Below, in pieces: positions 32,572-46,696 of a DNA stretch of 64,000 nucleotides. A program made the translations under genes and the position numbers. Origin of the DNA: Escherichia phage ECML-363; sequence record OL631483.1. One strand, 5' to 3'. The notes below the pieces were generated by a model that worked only from the letters and a program-made list of their open reading frames with translations, had not been told where the DNA came from and did no database searches. Position 1 is the stretch's first letter, and each line of letters starts with the position of its first letter.

Positions 32572-32820
32572 TTACTTCAATGTTACCACAAAGTGACGAA
32601 CTGCTTTTCGCGCAGCAGAAGCCAGAGGCTTAGCATACTTAAGTTCATCTTTTTCCTGAAGCTCAGCAGCTAATGCAGTTTGAGCAGGATTTAGATGTTT
32701 GAAATAACGCAGGATTTCAAGAGCTTCGGCTTCAACATCAATAGATGCGCCATAGTTTTCGTGACCATTATTCCATGCGTTTCGTTGCAGTTCAAGAGCG
32801 TGTTGTAATTGTTTAATCAT
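32572..32820 (-). CDS. rIII: Probable RIII lysis-inhibition accessory protein
   Basis: 82 aa (T4 RIII length); nine ORFs lie between it and gene 30, matching T4 30.1-30.9; sequence identity not independently confirmed. Confidence 0.55.
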   Translation of the reverse strand: MIKQLQHALELQRNAWNNGHENYGASIDVEAEALEILRYFKHLNPAQTALAAELQEKDELKYAKPLASAARKAVRHFVVTLK

Positions 32821-32967
32821 TTAAAAATTCTCGTTAGAGATTAAAACTCGGTAGTCACGTTCTTCTGAATTTCATCTTCTTTCGACAGATCTCTCAGTTG
32901 TAGACTACCACATAGAATTGTTCGGTTAACTTATTATTCCGACACCCAATTCATATTATTATTTATA

Positions 32968-33303
32968 TCACTTATAAAGACACGGAATAGCTTTATAGTG
33001 ACAAGTAACGAATTTTTGTTTAATTTCTTTTGGCTGCTTAAGACCCAGAGCTACAAAAGGATGCGGAACATTTCGAATTTGACCAACTGGAAGAGAAGTC
33101 AAATCACCAACTTCGCAGAAACCTTCAGGAACATCAGGACCAACAGAGTGAACTACACACAGTTCAGGAACTTCACCTTGAACACGTTTACCGATAATAA
33201 GTCCTGATTCTGTAACTTCTTCATCACCGGCTTGTGCAGGTTCAGAAACTAAAATAACATATTCACCGACAGCACGAATTGGTAGCTGTTGTACTTCAGA
33301 CAT
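32968..33303 (-). CDS. 31: Co-chaperonin gp31 (GroES analogue)
   Basis: 111 aa (T4 gp31 length), synteny. Confidence 0.88.
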
Positions 33304-33359
33304 CGTTTTTCCTTTTTGTTAACAGATGAATTAATAATAACAAATAATTCTTAAAGCAT

Positions 33360-33668
33360 TTATTTACCAATAAATTGAAGCAAATGCTCAACTTTCATAC
33401 CATTAACAGAAATCAATTTGTCAATAGAAAAACCTCGCCACTCGCCAAGCTCAACATCAAATACTGGAATCATATCAGTAGATTCTTTCCGAGCAGATTC
33501 AGTCAATTTACCAGTTTGCATGGTTGGCATAAAGTCAGCATCACGAGTACCTTTCATAGTACGAATAGTACCATCAGACTTTTCAAAAACTACGTTTGAA
33601 ACACCCATGGACAATTTAGTTTTCAAAATTTCACGAATTGCTACTTTCTGTTCAGTTGTCAGTTTCAT
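33360..33668 (-). CDS. Hypothetical protein
   Basis: 102 aa ORF between cd and 31. Confidence 0.55.
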   Translation of the reverse strand: MKLTTEQKVAIREILKTKLSMGVSNVVFEKSDGTIRTMKGTRDADFMPTMQTGKLTESARKESTDMIPVFDVELGEWRGFSIDKLISVNGMKVEHLLQFIGK

Positions 33669-33905
33669 TTATTTACCTATTACAGTTTTAATATGAGTTG
33701 TTCCACGTTCTTTAAGGGTGGAAAGTAATTTTTGGCATTTTTCTAAATCAGATTTCCAACTATATGGTCTATCAATACTAGTCCAATCAGTTTTATAATA
33801 CTGTTTCCATTTAGAGAAAAAATATTTCTTATACTCTACAGCAAACGAGATGTTCTCATTAGAATAAGAACTAATTGCTGTGAGCTGTACCAAACGAAAT
33901 TTCAT
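33669..33905 (-). CDS. Hypothetical protein
   Basis: 78 aa ORF. Confidence 0.5.
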   Translation of the reverse strand: MKFRLVQLTAISSYSNENISFAVEYKKYFFSKWKQYYKTDWTSIDRPYSWKSDLEKCQKLLSTLKERGTTHIKTVIGK

Positions 33906-34486
33906 TATTCACCACAGAATTCGTTGATATTTTCCCAGTTTAACTTATTCAAGTTTTTCTTAGGAACATTAAACACTTCAATACCTGCATTTCGCAGAAT
34001 ATCATCCCAGCCAGGTTTATTTTTATCGTATGTTTCACAATAAACCAGTTTTTTAATACCAGATTGAGCTATCGCTTTTGCACAATCTGGACAAGGAGAA
34101 AGTGTTACATACATAGTAGCACCTTCAATAGAAGAACCATTTCGTGCAGCAAACAAAATTGCATTTAGTTCAGCATGAATTTCATTTTTAGACGACCATT
34201 CAGAGTGAGCGCTCCGGTGTTCTTTTGCCAAGACAAAACGATCAGTTGAACCAAATGATACGCATTCAGGCTTATGGCCTTGAATGATAGTATGTTTAGG
34301 CTTATTCAGCAACCAACCTTGCTCAGCAGCATAATCACAACAGTTCACACCCCCTGCGGGTGAACCATTATACCCAGTAGAAATAATACGTCCATTCTTT
34401 TCAATTACTGCTCCTACCTTCCAGGAGCAACATTTTGATTCCTGCGATACTAAATATGCAATTTGAAGTACTGTACTCGCTTTCAT
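33905..34486 (-). CDS. cd: dCMP deaminase
   Basis: 193 aa (T4 Cd length); zinc-binding deaminase motifs HAE...PCxxC (HAELNAILFAA, PCPDCAKAI). Confidence 0.9.
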   Translation of the reverse strand: MKASTVLQIAYLVSQESKCCSWKVGAVIEKNGRIISTGYNGSPAGGVNCCDYAAEQGWLLNKPKHTIIQGHKPECVSFGSTDRFVLAKEHRSAHSEWSSKNEIHAELNAILFAARNGSSIEGATMYVTLSPCPDCAKAIAQSGIKKLVYCETYDKNKPGWDDILRNAGIEVFNVPKKNLNKLNWENINEFCGE

Positions 34487-34821
34487 TTCATAATCACCAG
34501 ATAAGCAGATTTAGCAGTTTCAACACGATAAATTTCGTGACGAAGTTTAGTTATACTTTTAATAACAGAACTAATTATATTCTGCCCATCTTTAAAGCGG
34601 TTTTTCTTATCAATAAAAACTGCGCCAGTCATCTTTTTGTGAAGCTCAACTGGATACTTCGTCACAATAATAGCATCATACACAGAAGGATGAATACTAT
34701 TCACCAGAGTATCATTCATTAAAGTTATTCTAATGAACTGTGCTGTTTCAGAATCAAGCGCTCTATGATCGCCAGTATCATTTTCAAGACAATTATCAAT
34801 TATATCAGTTAAATTCATCAT
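34483..34821 (-). CDS. Hypothetical protein (cd.x series)
   Basis: 112 aa ORF. Confidence 0.5.
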   Translation of the reverse strand: MMNLTDIIDNCLENDTGDHRALDSETAQFIRITLMNDTLVNSIHPSVYDAIIVTKYPVELHKKMTGAVFIDKKNRFKDGQNIISSVIKSITKLRHEIYRVETAKSAYLVIMK

Positions 34822-35054
34822 AGTACGCCATACACCCTTTGTGCTTCAACTAATCCATCAAAATCTAATTTAAGATGCGATATTTGATCGCCATCACCTG
34901 GATTCACAATTACTAATACTGAACGAGGAGTTTCGGTAATAACACGAACCGATGTTTCAGGAAATCGTTCAGAAATCCTATTTACTAATTCCTGCGCAAA
35001 TAGTTTAACTTTTTCTTGGAATTCTTTAACAGTAATTGGTTTTTCACTTAGCAT
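34818..35054 (-). CDS. Hypothetical protein (cd.x series)
   Basis: 78 aa ORF. Confidence 0.5.
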   Translation of the reverse strand: MLSEKPITVKEFQEKVKLFAQELVNRISERFPETSVRVITETPRSVLVIVNPGDGDQISHLKLDFDGLVEAQRVYGVL

Positions 35055-35575
35055 GTTGATCCCAGCTCCTTACTTTCAACGTTTTTAACTAATTTGACAG
35101 AAACTAATTCAGCATCTTGAGTAATCATTACCGGACCTTCTTCATACTCTTCAAGATATTCTAGAGCTTTCTTTTTAGCTTCTTCCTTCGTATCAGTTTG
35201 AGCATAGATATAGAACATACAACCAGTAATACCTACTACTTTCCACTTAATTTCTTTATCAGTTTTAATTTCAAATTTACTTACAGAATCATCTTTTTGA
35301 ACTTCTTCGAAAAAAGAATATTCTAACATATAAGCAATTGAAAATAACGGGCTAACTTTATAGGATTCACCCATTACATCAACAGCTTTATACCAGCAGT
35401 CATCAATTTCGCGTTTAATGCTAATAACATTTTTCGCAGGGTCAATTTTTACTTTAAATGAATTTTCCCCAATAAACTGGGCAATTCGTTTATTAGCCCC
35501 GCAAGTTTCATTAAAAATATCTTTATATCCAGCTTTAAAGCGATAAACCTTATCTTCTTCAAACCATTCGCTCAT
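35048..35575 (-). CDS. Hypothetical protein (cd.x series)
   Basis: 175 aa ORF with GAGGAAA RBS and an upstream early-type promoter. Confidence 0.55.
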   Translation of the reverse strand: MSEWFEEDKVYRFKAGYKDIFNETCGANKRIAQFIGENSFKVKIDPAKNVISIKREIDDCWYKAVDVMGESYKVSPLFSIAYMLEYSFFEEVQKDDSVSKFEIKTDKEIKWKVVGITGCMFYIYAQTDTKEEAKKKALEYLEEYEEGPVMITQDAELVSVKLVKNVESKELGSTC

Positions 35576-35604
35576 TTCAATTTCCTCATTTGTTTTGGTA
35601 GAGC

Positions 35605-35635
35605 TATAATATCACAACTCTACCGTAAAGTAAAC
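35605..35635 (-). promoter_or_regulatory. Candidate early promoter (GTTTAC -35, TATTAT -10)
   Basis: Minus-strand GTTTAC followed 18 nt later by TATTAT, in the gap upstream of the 175 aa ORF. Confidence 0.45.
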
Positions 35636-35637
35636 TA

Positions 35638-35913
35638 TTAAATTGCTTTGAATTCTGATGTCTGTGATTCAAAGCGAATGTCGCCTTTGATAACTAGCTC
35701 AGCATCAAGACCGAATACGACAATGATATGCGCTGAACCTGGATACAACGTGATGGCAACAGAATCCACCTGGTCTGGAAGCAAAGTATTCAATACATGA
35801 GTCACTTGAGCATGGATTCGAAGCTCAGCTGCATTATCAAGTTTTTCAAACATATTATTAGCGATAATTTGGCTAAACACTACTTCTACGATTTTAGAGT
35901 AAGTCGGAAACAT
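35638..35913 (-). CDS. Hypothetical protein
   Basis: 91 aa ORF. Confidence 0.5.
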   Translation of the reverse strand: MFPTYSKIVEVVFSQIIANNMFEKLDNAAELRIHAQVTHVLNTLLPDQVDSVAITLYPGSAHIIVVFGLDAELVIKGDIRFESQTSEFKAI

Positions 35914-35915
35914 AT

Positions 35916-36108
35916 TTACCTCACATAATTTTCTTCAAGCCAATCAATAACATCCAAAGCGTTATCAAAAGTTGAACCATCTACTCTGTCTTCTGTTTCA
36001 TAATCAAGAACATCTAAGCCTACTCTTCCATCAACAATAGGCCATAAACAAAATAGATATTTCTTTTCTTTTTCAATTTTATCACAAAGATGATAAATCT
36101 TTTCTAGG

Positions 36109-36116
<8 letters not shown>
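35916..36116 (-). CDS. Hypothetical protein
   Basis: 66 aa ORF. Confidence 0.5.
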
Positions 36117-37506
<1,390 letters not shown>

Positions 37507-37510
<4 letters not shown>

Positions 37511-37737
37511 TTATTTTTCTCAACCAATGATTGAATATAATCATGCAGGTCTTTAGATGCTTTACCCCACTTATTTTGATATTCATTTTTGAGATTAGCG
37601 CGTGATTGAGCTAATAAAACATCATTAGTTGGAGGTAAAGATTCTAATCGTTGAATCTGTCGTCCATAAATCATTGCAGCCATCTCGGATTCATAAATTA
37701 ATCCTTTTAGATGTTCAAATTGATACCATGAAATCAT
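37507..37737 (-). CDS. Hypothetical protein (pseT.1 position)
   Basis: 76 aa ORF. Confidence 0.5.
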
Positions 37738-38033
37738 TTACATTTATCCTCTTTTAGCTCTTGACGATAATAACATATCATAGTTTTCTGGTCATGTACA
37801 TATCGTTTTACATCATTAAGCCAAATACGAAATTCCTGAGAATCTTCAAATGGCATACCTACCCAAGCTTTACCATCAATAACTTTAACTTGCCAAGATA
37901 GTTTAGCTTCGTCATATGACTTTATTTGCACAGGCCAATTAGGATGAACTGTTTCTTTCTTTACTTCTAGAGGCTTTGTCGAACAACCAACTAGAAGACC
38001 AATAGATAATATTACTGCAGATAATTTAATCAT
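37734..38033 (-). CDS. Outer-membrane spanin subunit (o-spanin, lipoprotein; T4 PseT.2 equivalent)
   Basis: 99 aa; signal peptide with lipobox LLVGC; immediately downstream of and overlapping the i-spanin-like gene. Confidence 0.6.
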   Translation of the reverse strand: MIKLSAVILSIGLLVGCSTKPLEVKKETVHPNWPVQIKSYDEAKLSWQVKVIDGKAWVGMPFEDSQEFRIWLNDVKRYVHDQKTMICYYRQELKEDKCK

Positions 38034-38383
38034 TTAGAAAGGTCCTGGATGTCTTCTGCGAACTTGTTGAAGGAGTTGTTGATTTGTTTTTCAACCAATC
38101 CTGGCTTACGAGCCACCACATCCGCCTTCTTTGCATCTTTGCGCAGTTTTTCATTTTCACGCTCAATAGCAGCAATCGCCTCACGATTTTTATTATTCAT
38201 CGCATCAATATAATTATACTGAATTCGCAAATTATTTAATGCTAAGGCGTTTTCATTGGCCGTTTTTGTAATTTCTACAACAGACGTTTCTAATCTTTCT
38301 ACCTTATTTTTTAAAATAATAGATGTTCCGCCAAATGCTATTACAAGTAATAGCAATCCAGCTGTAAAATTACTTACATGCAT
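38030..38383 (-). CDS. Inner-membrane spanin subunit (i-spanin; T4 PseT.3 equivalent)
   Basis: 117 aa; N-terminal TM helix (GLLLLVIAFGGTSIIL) followed by a coiled-coil-like charged domain. Confidence 0.6.
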   Translation of the reverse strand: MHVSNFTAGLLLLVIAFGGTSIILKNKVERLETSVVEITKTANENALALNNLRIQYNYIDAMNNKNREAIAAIERENEKLRKDAKKADVVARKPGLVEKQINNSFNKFAEDIQDLSK

Positions 38384-38880
38384 AAAGTTTTAATAACCTC
38401 TATAATATCGTCTTGAGAAAGACCGTTAATTAAAATATGATGTTCAGCCGGAGATTTAGAAATTTTAAAGCACGCCGCAACATCTTCTGCCATATCCGAT
38501 GCGCTACGATTTGGATTACTAATTCCAAGACGATGCTTTCCTGTCAAAGGATTAACGATGATATAGCATTTGCAGCTATTGATATGAACATTAGGTTGAG
38601 TCTGATTAATAAACACTTCACAATCATACTTAGCGAGTTGATTTTCTAAAAAGACTTTCATCTCCTCAACCGCATCAGGAAGCATATCACGGGCTTGCTC
38701 AAGACGACGATTTCGATATTCTTTAATGGTCGTTTTCCGCTTGACTTGCTTAGCTAAATCTTTCTTAAGATCGGTGATATATCCAACTCGACGATTTCCT
38801 TTGAATACAGAAATCCCATCTGTAGTATCACCGTATGCTTCAACGACCATTTCAGTAGTAATAAGCTGCAAATCCATCAT
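38374..38880 (-). CDS. alc: Alc-like protein (host transcription shutoff), assigned by position and length only
   Basis: 168 aa (T4 Alc is 167 aa), between rnlA and the spanin genes; own early-type promoter. Confidence 0.5.
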   Translation of the reverse strand: MMDLQLITTEMVVEAYGDTTDGISVFKGNRRVGYITDLKKDLAKQVKRKTTIKEYRNRRLEQARDMLPDAVEEMKVFLENQLAKYDCEVFINQTQPNVHINSCKCYIIVNPLTGKHRLGISNPNRSASDMAEDVAACFKISKSPAEHHILINGLSQDDIIEVIKTLCM

Positions 38881-38885
38881 AAAGT

Positions 38886-38939
38886 CCTCATGTTATGTCA
38901 GTAAGACTACTATAACACAACATGAGGGACTTGTAAACA
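38886..38939 (-). promoter_or_regulatory. Early (sigma70-type) promoter plus leader cassette upstream of the alc-like gene
   Basis: Second copy of the ~52 bp element (GTTTAC ... TATAGT ... CATGAGG), with a perfect 9 bp inverted repeat CCTCATGTT/AACATGAGG. Confidence 0.6.
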
Positions 38940-38941
38940 GC

Positions 38942-40529
<1,588 letters not shown>

Positions 40530-40537
40530 AATAAAAT

Positions 40538-40551
40538 GGGCCTTGCGGCCC
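40538..40551 (-). promoter_or_regulatory. Hairpin GGGCC-GCAA-GGCCC between the denA SD and start codon
   Basis: Sits between AAGGAG and the AUG at 40529; also immediately downstream of the nrdB stop. Confidence 0.45.
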
Positions 40552-40556
40552 ACTCC

Positions 40557-41735
40557 TTAAAAGTATTTTTTAAAACTCATCATAACTTTATCATCAACAT
40601 CATTATCAATCTGTGCAACAAGATAAGATGACAGTTCTACTTCTTGTGGCGCGGATTGAACATTATCAGAATTAAGGTATTCACGAATCCAAGGATATGG
40701 ATGTTTAACCGGAGCATCGGTAATTGGGCATGGAAGACCACACTGTTTCATACGAGATACAGTTAAGTAATCAATAAAGCTCCACATGCTATTTGTATTT
40801 AATCCAGGAACATCGCCATCTTTAAATAAATGAACTGCCCAATCTTTTTCTTGGCGGTTAACTTCCATGAAAATATCAACTGCTTCTTGTTCACACTCTT
40901 GAGCAATTTTAACCCATTCATCACCATCAGTGCCAAGTTGGAGCTGACGAATAATATACTGGGTGCCTTTAAGGTGGAGTTGTTCGTCTCGAGCAATGAA
41001 TTTCATAATCTTCGCATTACCTTCCATGATTTCCATATTTTTATGGAAGTTGAAAGTACATGCAAAGGATACATAAAAACGAATAGCTTCCAGGGCATTG
41101 ATAACATGAAGGCAGAGATAAAGCGACTTCATCAATGCATATTTACATTCTTCCACATGCATAAGACTATTTGAATATGCATCTAAATCATATTCATTTT
41201 CGGAAAAACATTTAAAAATTTCTTTTGCATTTTCCCATTCGCGCGTCTTAACCAGAACATCATCATAATAACGACCAATAGATTCAGCACGTTTCATGAT
41301 AGCTTTATCTAATACAATCTCATCAAATACCTTTGACGGATCAGTATAAAGATTTCGCATAATATGAGTGTATGAACGACTGTGAATAGTTTCACTAAAA
41401 GTCCATGTAGCAACCCATGTATCAAGACTTGGGTCTGAAATTAACGACATAAGTACAGCAGACGGTGCACGACCCTGAATGCTATCTAGAAGTGATTGAT
41501 ACTTCAGGTTATTAGTAAAAATATCTTGCTGATATTGAGGAAGCTTGTTAAATTGCGCAGCATCCATCATTAAGTTTACTTCTTCAGGACGCCAGAAAAA
41601 TGATAATTGCTTTTCGGTTAAATCTTCAAAAACTTTATGGCGTTGAATATCATAACGCGCAATACCAAGACCTGAACCAAAAAACATAGGTTCTTTTAAA
41701 ACATCAACTGGATTTGTATTAAAAACTGTGCTCAT
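40557..41735 (-). CDS. nrdB: Ribonucleotide reductase small subunit, uninterrupted
   Basis: 392 aa continuous ORF; position between denA and nrdA; no intron-sized interruption. Confidence 0.93.
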   Translation of the reverse strand: MSTVFNTNPVDVLKEPMFFGSGLGIARYDIQRHKVFEDLTEKQLSFFWRPEEVNLMMDAAQFNKLPQYQQDIFTNNLKYQSLLDSIQGRAPSAVLMSLISDPSLDTWVATWTFSETIHSRSYTHIMRNLYTDPSKVFDEIVLDKAIMKRAESIGRYYDDVLVKTREWENAKEIFKCFSENEYDLDAYSNSLMHVEECKYALMKSLYLCLHVINALEAIRFYVSFACTFNFHKNMEIMEGNAKIMKFIARDEQLHLKGTQYIIRQLQLGTDGDEWVKIAQECEQEAVDIFMEVNRQEKDWAVHLFKDGDVPGLNTNSMWSFIDYLTVSRMKQCGLPCPITDAPVKHPYPWIREYLNSDNVQSAPQEVELSSYLVAQIDNDVDDKVMMSFKKYF

Positions 41736-41786
41736 AAATTTTCCACTTAGTTAATAGACAGTGACTCGTCCATGAGTCAAATTATA

Positions 41787-44051
41787 TCATAATTTACAGG
41801 ATGAACAATCTTCAGCTTTTGGAGTTTCTATTTCATAATCATCAGTACCAGAACCATCACGGGTATTATGATAATAGAAATTTTTTCCGCCAAAATACCA
41901 AAAATACAAAAGGTCATCAATCATTATTGACATTGGAACCTTTCCTTTTGGAAAAATCTGTGGGTCATAGTATGTATTCGCCGAAGCTGATTGACAAACC
42001 CATTTCAGCATAATAGCTACCTGCGTGAGATAAGGTTTATTACCTTTCTTAGCTAATTTCCATGTATAATCATAGAGGTCTATGTTATGCTCAATATTGG
42101 GCACGACTTGATTAAAGGAGCCCTCTTTTGATTCTTTAACAGAGACTGGTCCACGTGGAGGCTCGATACCGTTTGTACTGTTAGAAACTTGGGAAGATGA
42201 CTCACATGGCATAAGTGCTGATAATGTGCTATTACGGATGCCAAAGAGCTTAAGGTCTTCCCGCAGCGACGACCAGTCACAAACGTATTTTGGAGCTGCG
42301 ATTTGGTCAATCTTTTTATTGTACCAGTCGATAGGTAATTCGCCTCGAGACCAACGAGTGTCTGAATAATATTCGCAAGGTCCTTTTTCTTTGGCGAGCT
42401 TAATGGATGCTTTAATGAGTCCATACTGTAATCTCTCAAATAGTTCATGTGTTAAATCGTTAGCATCTTCATAAGAAGCAAAGTTACTTGCCAGCCAAGC
42501 TGCATAGTTGGTAACACCTACACCGAGGTTACGACGCTTTTTAGCTTTTTCTGCTTCAGGAACTGGATATCCTTGGTAATCCAAAAGATTATCAAGAGCA
42601 CGAACTTGGACTTCTGCCAATTCATTAATTTTATCTTGGTCTTGCCAGTCAAAATTATCCAGTACGAATGCAGAGAGAGTACACAATCCAATTTCAGCAT
42701 CGGGGCTATTCACATCATTTGTTGGAATAGCAATTTCACAGCACAAGTTACTCTGACGAATAGGTGCTTTTTCACGAATAAACGGAGTATAGTTATTCGT
42801 ATTATCAATGAACTGTACATAAATCCTTGCTGTTCCTGAACGTTCAGTCATGAGCAATTCAAATAGTTCACGGGCTTTAATACGTTTTTTACGAATATTA
42901 GGGTCTTTTTCTGCTGCTTCGTATAATTCACGGAAACGGTCTTGGTCTTTAAAATAAGAATAATAAAGCTCGCCACCCATTTCATGCGGACTGAACAAAG
43001 TAATGTAATCGTTCTTTCCGAATCGTTCCATCATCAAATCATTCAGCTGAACACCATAATCCATATGACGAATACGGTTTTCTTCAACACCTTTGTTATT
43101 TTTTAGAACGAGAAGATTTTCAACTTCCAAATGCCAAATAGGATAATAAGCAGTAGCAGCGCCGCCACGAATTCCACCCTGTGAGCATGATTTAACAGCA
43201 GTCTGAAAATGTTTCCAAAAAGGAATAACACCAGTATGGCGGACTTCACCCATGCCAATCTTAGAACCTTCGGCACGAATCATACCAACGTTAATACCAA
43301 TTCCAGCGCGTTTAGAGATATATTCAACAATTGAAGCTGAAGCCTTATTAATAGACTTCAGCGAATCACCTGCCTCAATAACAACACATGAACTAAACTG
43401 TCGAGTCGGAGTACGACAACCAGCCATAATAGGAGTTGGTAATGAAATCTGTCGAGTAGATACTGCTTCATAAAAACGAATAACATGTTTTAATCTATCA
43501 ACAGGTTCATCTTGATGCAGTGCCATTCCAATAGTCATAAATGCAAACTGCGGAGTTTCATAAATTTGACCAGTGGTTTTATCTTTAACTAGATATTTTT
43601 CTTTTAATTGCATCGCACCGGAATAAGTAAATTCCATATCCCGCTCGTGCTTAATTTTTGATTCTAAAAATGTAATTTCTTCTGCTGAATATTTTGACAG
43701 CAGTTCAGGGTCATATTTACCTTCATTTACACAGTAAGAAATATGGTCAATAAATGAACGTGGTTCATATTGTCCGTAAACATGCTTACGAAGAGCAAAC
43801 ATTAAACAGCGAGCGGCTACGTATTGATAATCAGGCTCTTCAACTGAAATAGAATTCGCAGCAGCCTTAATTACAATGGTTTGAATGTCATCAGTGGTCA
43901 TTCCATCACGGAGATATGATTTAATATTTTCATATAATTCATAAGGATCTACAGATGTTCCTTCGGCTGCCCAAGATAAAACTTTAATAATTTTTTGCGG
44001 GTCAAAGCTCTGAGAAACACCACTACTTTTGATAACATTAATTAATTGCAT
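41787..44051 (-). CDS. nrdA: Ribonucleotide reductase large subunit
   Basis: 754 aa (T4 NrdA length); N-terminal ATP-cone-like region; synteny. Confidence 0.95.
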   Translation of the reverse strand: MQLINVIKSSGVSQSFDPQKIIKVLSWAAEGTSVDPYELYENIKSYLRDGMTTDDIQTIVIKAAANSISVEEPDYQYVAARCLMFALRKHVYGQYEPRSFIDHISYCVNEGKYDPELLSKYSAEEITFLESKIKHERDMEFTYSGAMQLKEKYLVKDKTTGQIYETPQFAFMTIGMALHQDEPVDRLKHVIRFYEAVSTRQISLPTPIMAGCRTPTRQFSSCVVIEAGDSLKSINKASASIVEYISKRAGIGINVGMIRAEGSKIGMGEVRHTGVIPFWKHFQTAVKSCSQGGIRGGAATAYYPIWHLEVENLLVLKNNKGVEENRIRHMDYGVQLNDLMMERFGKNDYITLFSPHEMGGELYYSYFKDQDRFRELYEAAEKDPNIRKKRIKARELFELLMTERSGTARIYVQFIDNTNNYTPFIREKAPIRQSNLCCEIAIPTNDVNSPDAEIGLCTLSAFVLDNFDWQDQDKINELAEVQVRALDNLLDYQGYPVPEAEKAKKRRNLGVGVTNYAAWLASNFASYEDANDLTHELFERLQYGLIKASIKLAKEKGPCEYYSDTRWSRGELPIDWYNKKIDQIAAPKYVCDWSSLREDLKLFGIRNSTLSALMPCESSSQVSNSTNGIEPPRGPVSVKESKEGSFNQVVPNIEHNIDLYDYTWKLAKKGNKPYLTQVAIMLKWVCQSASANTYYDPQIFPKGKVPMSIMIDDLLYFWYFGGKNFYYHNTRDGSGTDDYEIETPKAEDCSSCKL

Positions 44052-44368
44052 AAGTCCTCAACTTGAAAATCGTCTTTAAACAATCGGTTAACTATATGAG
44101 CTATTATATCACCATGACACGGCTTTGGTTTACATGTGCATCCTAGCCTCATTCCACGTAAAGGCTCTAAATGTGCTTTAGTTATTTCTCCGGATTTAAT
44201 TCGACGTATAAAATCTTTTTTGAATAATTCAATGGCAGCCTCCCGGCTGCCAGCATCTTTACCGACGTAATTTCCCCAAAATGTACCACGGTGAATATTA
44301 ACATCAAAGTCGGATTTATATTTATTCACTACCTGGCATAGACGGCCCGCGCGGCGATAATTCGTCAT
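44042..44368 (-). CDS. Conserved hypothetical protein (nrdA.1 position)
   Basis: 108 aa ORF with [11 protein letters not shown] motif. Confidence 0.55.
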   Translation of the reverse strand: MTNYRRAGRLCQVVNKYKSDFDVNIHRGTFWGNYVGKDAGSREAAIELFKKDFIRRIKSGEITKAHLEPLRGMRLGCTCKPKPCHGDIIAHIVNRLFKDDFQVEDLCN

Positions 44369-44585
44369 ATTGTTTTTCCGTTAATACAGTAATATCATAG
44401 TAACAATCGGAAGAAGTTTTAACTGTGGAAATTTTATTATCAAAATACTCACGAGTCATTTTATGAGTATAGTATTTTTTACCATAAATGGTAATAGGCT
44501 GTTCTGGTCCTGGAACTTCTAACTCGCTTGGGTTAGGAAGTGTAAAAAGAACGGCACCAGAAGTATCTTTAAATCGTAAAATCAT
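44322..44585 (-). CDS. Hypothetical protein
   Basis: 87 aa ORF overlapping the start of the downstream ORF by 47 nt in another frame. Confidence 0.45.
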   Translation of the reverse strand: MILRFKDTSGAVLFTLPNPSELEVPGPEQPITIYGKKYYTHKMTREYFDNKISTVKTSSDCYYDITVLTEKQYDELSPRGPSMPGSE

Positions 44586-45442
44586 ATTGCCATTTTCCCT
44601 TTAATTGCTGGATGCGATTCATAATTTTCAAGGATAAAATCTTTCGGTTTCATGTATTCAGTTAACCAGTAAAGCTGTGTTTCGGTGTCACAATTTTCAA
44701 ACTCTATAGGCCAATCAATTTTAAGTTCGCACAGTTCTTTAGGCTCACGGCGTAAAATTTCTTTACATTGTTCTACGTGATTCATATAGATATGAGTATT
44801 ACCACCAGAAAATATCAAATCTCCTGGGATAAGATTACACATCTTAGCCATAATATGCGTCAAGGCAGCGTACGAGGCAATGTTGAATGGCAAGCCCAAG
44901 AAAACATCTACACTTCTTTGGTACCATTGTAAATCAAGATAACCATTACGCACATTAAACTGATAGAACATATGACAGGGCGGTAATGCCATTTGATTGA
45001 TTTCAGCTGGATTCCATGCTGAAACGATTTGACGTCGATCAGTTGGTAATTTTTTAATACGATCAATAGTTTCAACTAATTGATCCACACCACCGAAATC
45101 ACGCCATTGTTTACCGTATATAGGACCAAGTTCACCACTATGATATCCTAGGTCTTTAGCTTGGTTTTCATAATTGTCATCCCAGATAGTTTTACCTTGA
45201 ATAAGACTACCATGAGTAAGAAGACGTAAATCATTAACATTGGTAGAACCAGAAATAAACCATAAAAGCTCAGCAATGCATGCATTCCAGGCGAGCTTTT
45301 TAGTTGTTACTGCAGGAAAGCCTTTAGTTAAATCCCAGCGTAATTTAGTACCGAACAAAGCAATTGTTCCTGTGCCTGTTCGGTCATCAGTTTCATAGCC
45401 ATTTTCAAAAATGTCTTTAATTAAATCTTGGTATTGTTTCAT
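44582..45442 (-). CDS. td: Thymidylate synthase, uninterrupted
   Basis: 286 aa (T4 Td length); active-site PPCH motif ([10 protein letters not shown]); continuous ORF. Confidence 0.95.
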   Translation of the reverse strand: MKQYQDLIKDIFENGYETDDRTGTGTIALFGTKLRWDLTKGFPAVTTKKLAWNACIAELLWFISGSTNVNDLRLLTHGSLIQGKTIWDDNYENQAKDLGYHSGELGPIYGKQWRDFGGVDQLVETIDRIKKLPTDRRQIVSAWNPAEINQMALPPCHMFYQFNVRNGYLDLQWYQRSVDVFLGLPFNIASYAALTHIMAKMCNLIPGDLIFSGGNTHIYMNHVEQCKEILRREPKELCELKIDWPIEFENCDTETQLYWLTEYMKPKDFILENYESHPAIKGKMAI

Positions 45443-45487
45443 TTAGTACCTTATATAAATTATAATACATTTTATGAAGCTAAATAA

Positions 45488-45835
45488 TCAATACGGTTTA
45501 GCATCAAATTTTCTCTCAATTTCAGGCGTGAAATATAATTCTTTACCGCGTTTGGAAAAGCGACCAATAATATGATAATTATTCTCATCAGACGTGATAT
45601 TACCAATATCCATAGCTTTCAACCAAATATCGATATTTCTATCCAACTTTATGTCAAAATTCCAATATGGAGAACTATTACCGAAAATACTGCAAGCGGA
45701 TTCAGTAAAACAACTGCTATAAATCTTGTCTTTAGGAACTACTAATTGATAGACGCCTTTAATAAACTGAGGACCCTGCCATTTAGGTTGTTTCTCATCT
45801 TTTTCTAATAGAATAGGGTAATAATTAAAATTCAT
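45488..45835 (-). CDS. Hypothetical protein between frd and td
   Basis: 115 aa ORF. Confidence 0.5.
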   Translation of the reverse strand: MNFNYYPILLEKDEKQPKWQGPQFIKGVYQLVVPKDKIYSSCFTESACSIFGNSSPYWNFDIKLDRNIDIWLKAMDIGNITSDENNYHIIGRFSKRGKELYFTPEIERKFDAKPY

Positions 45836-45854
45836 ATTTCCGCCACGCGTTATT

Positions 45855-46680
<826 letters not shown>

Positions 46681-46696
<16 letters not shown>

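Noticed and set aside
40545-40553. GTG start for denA as implied by the ORF track
   Set aside because: The GTG overlaps the AAGGAG SD itself, leaving no spacer; the downstream ATG at 40529 gives the 136 aa EndoII length.
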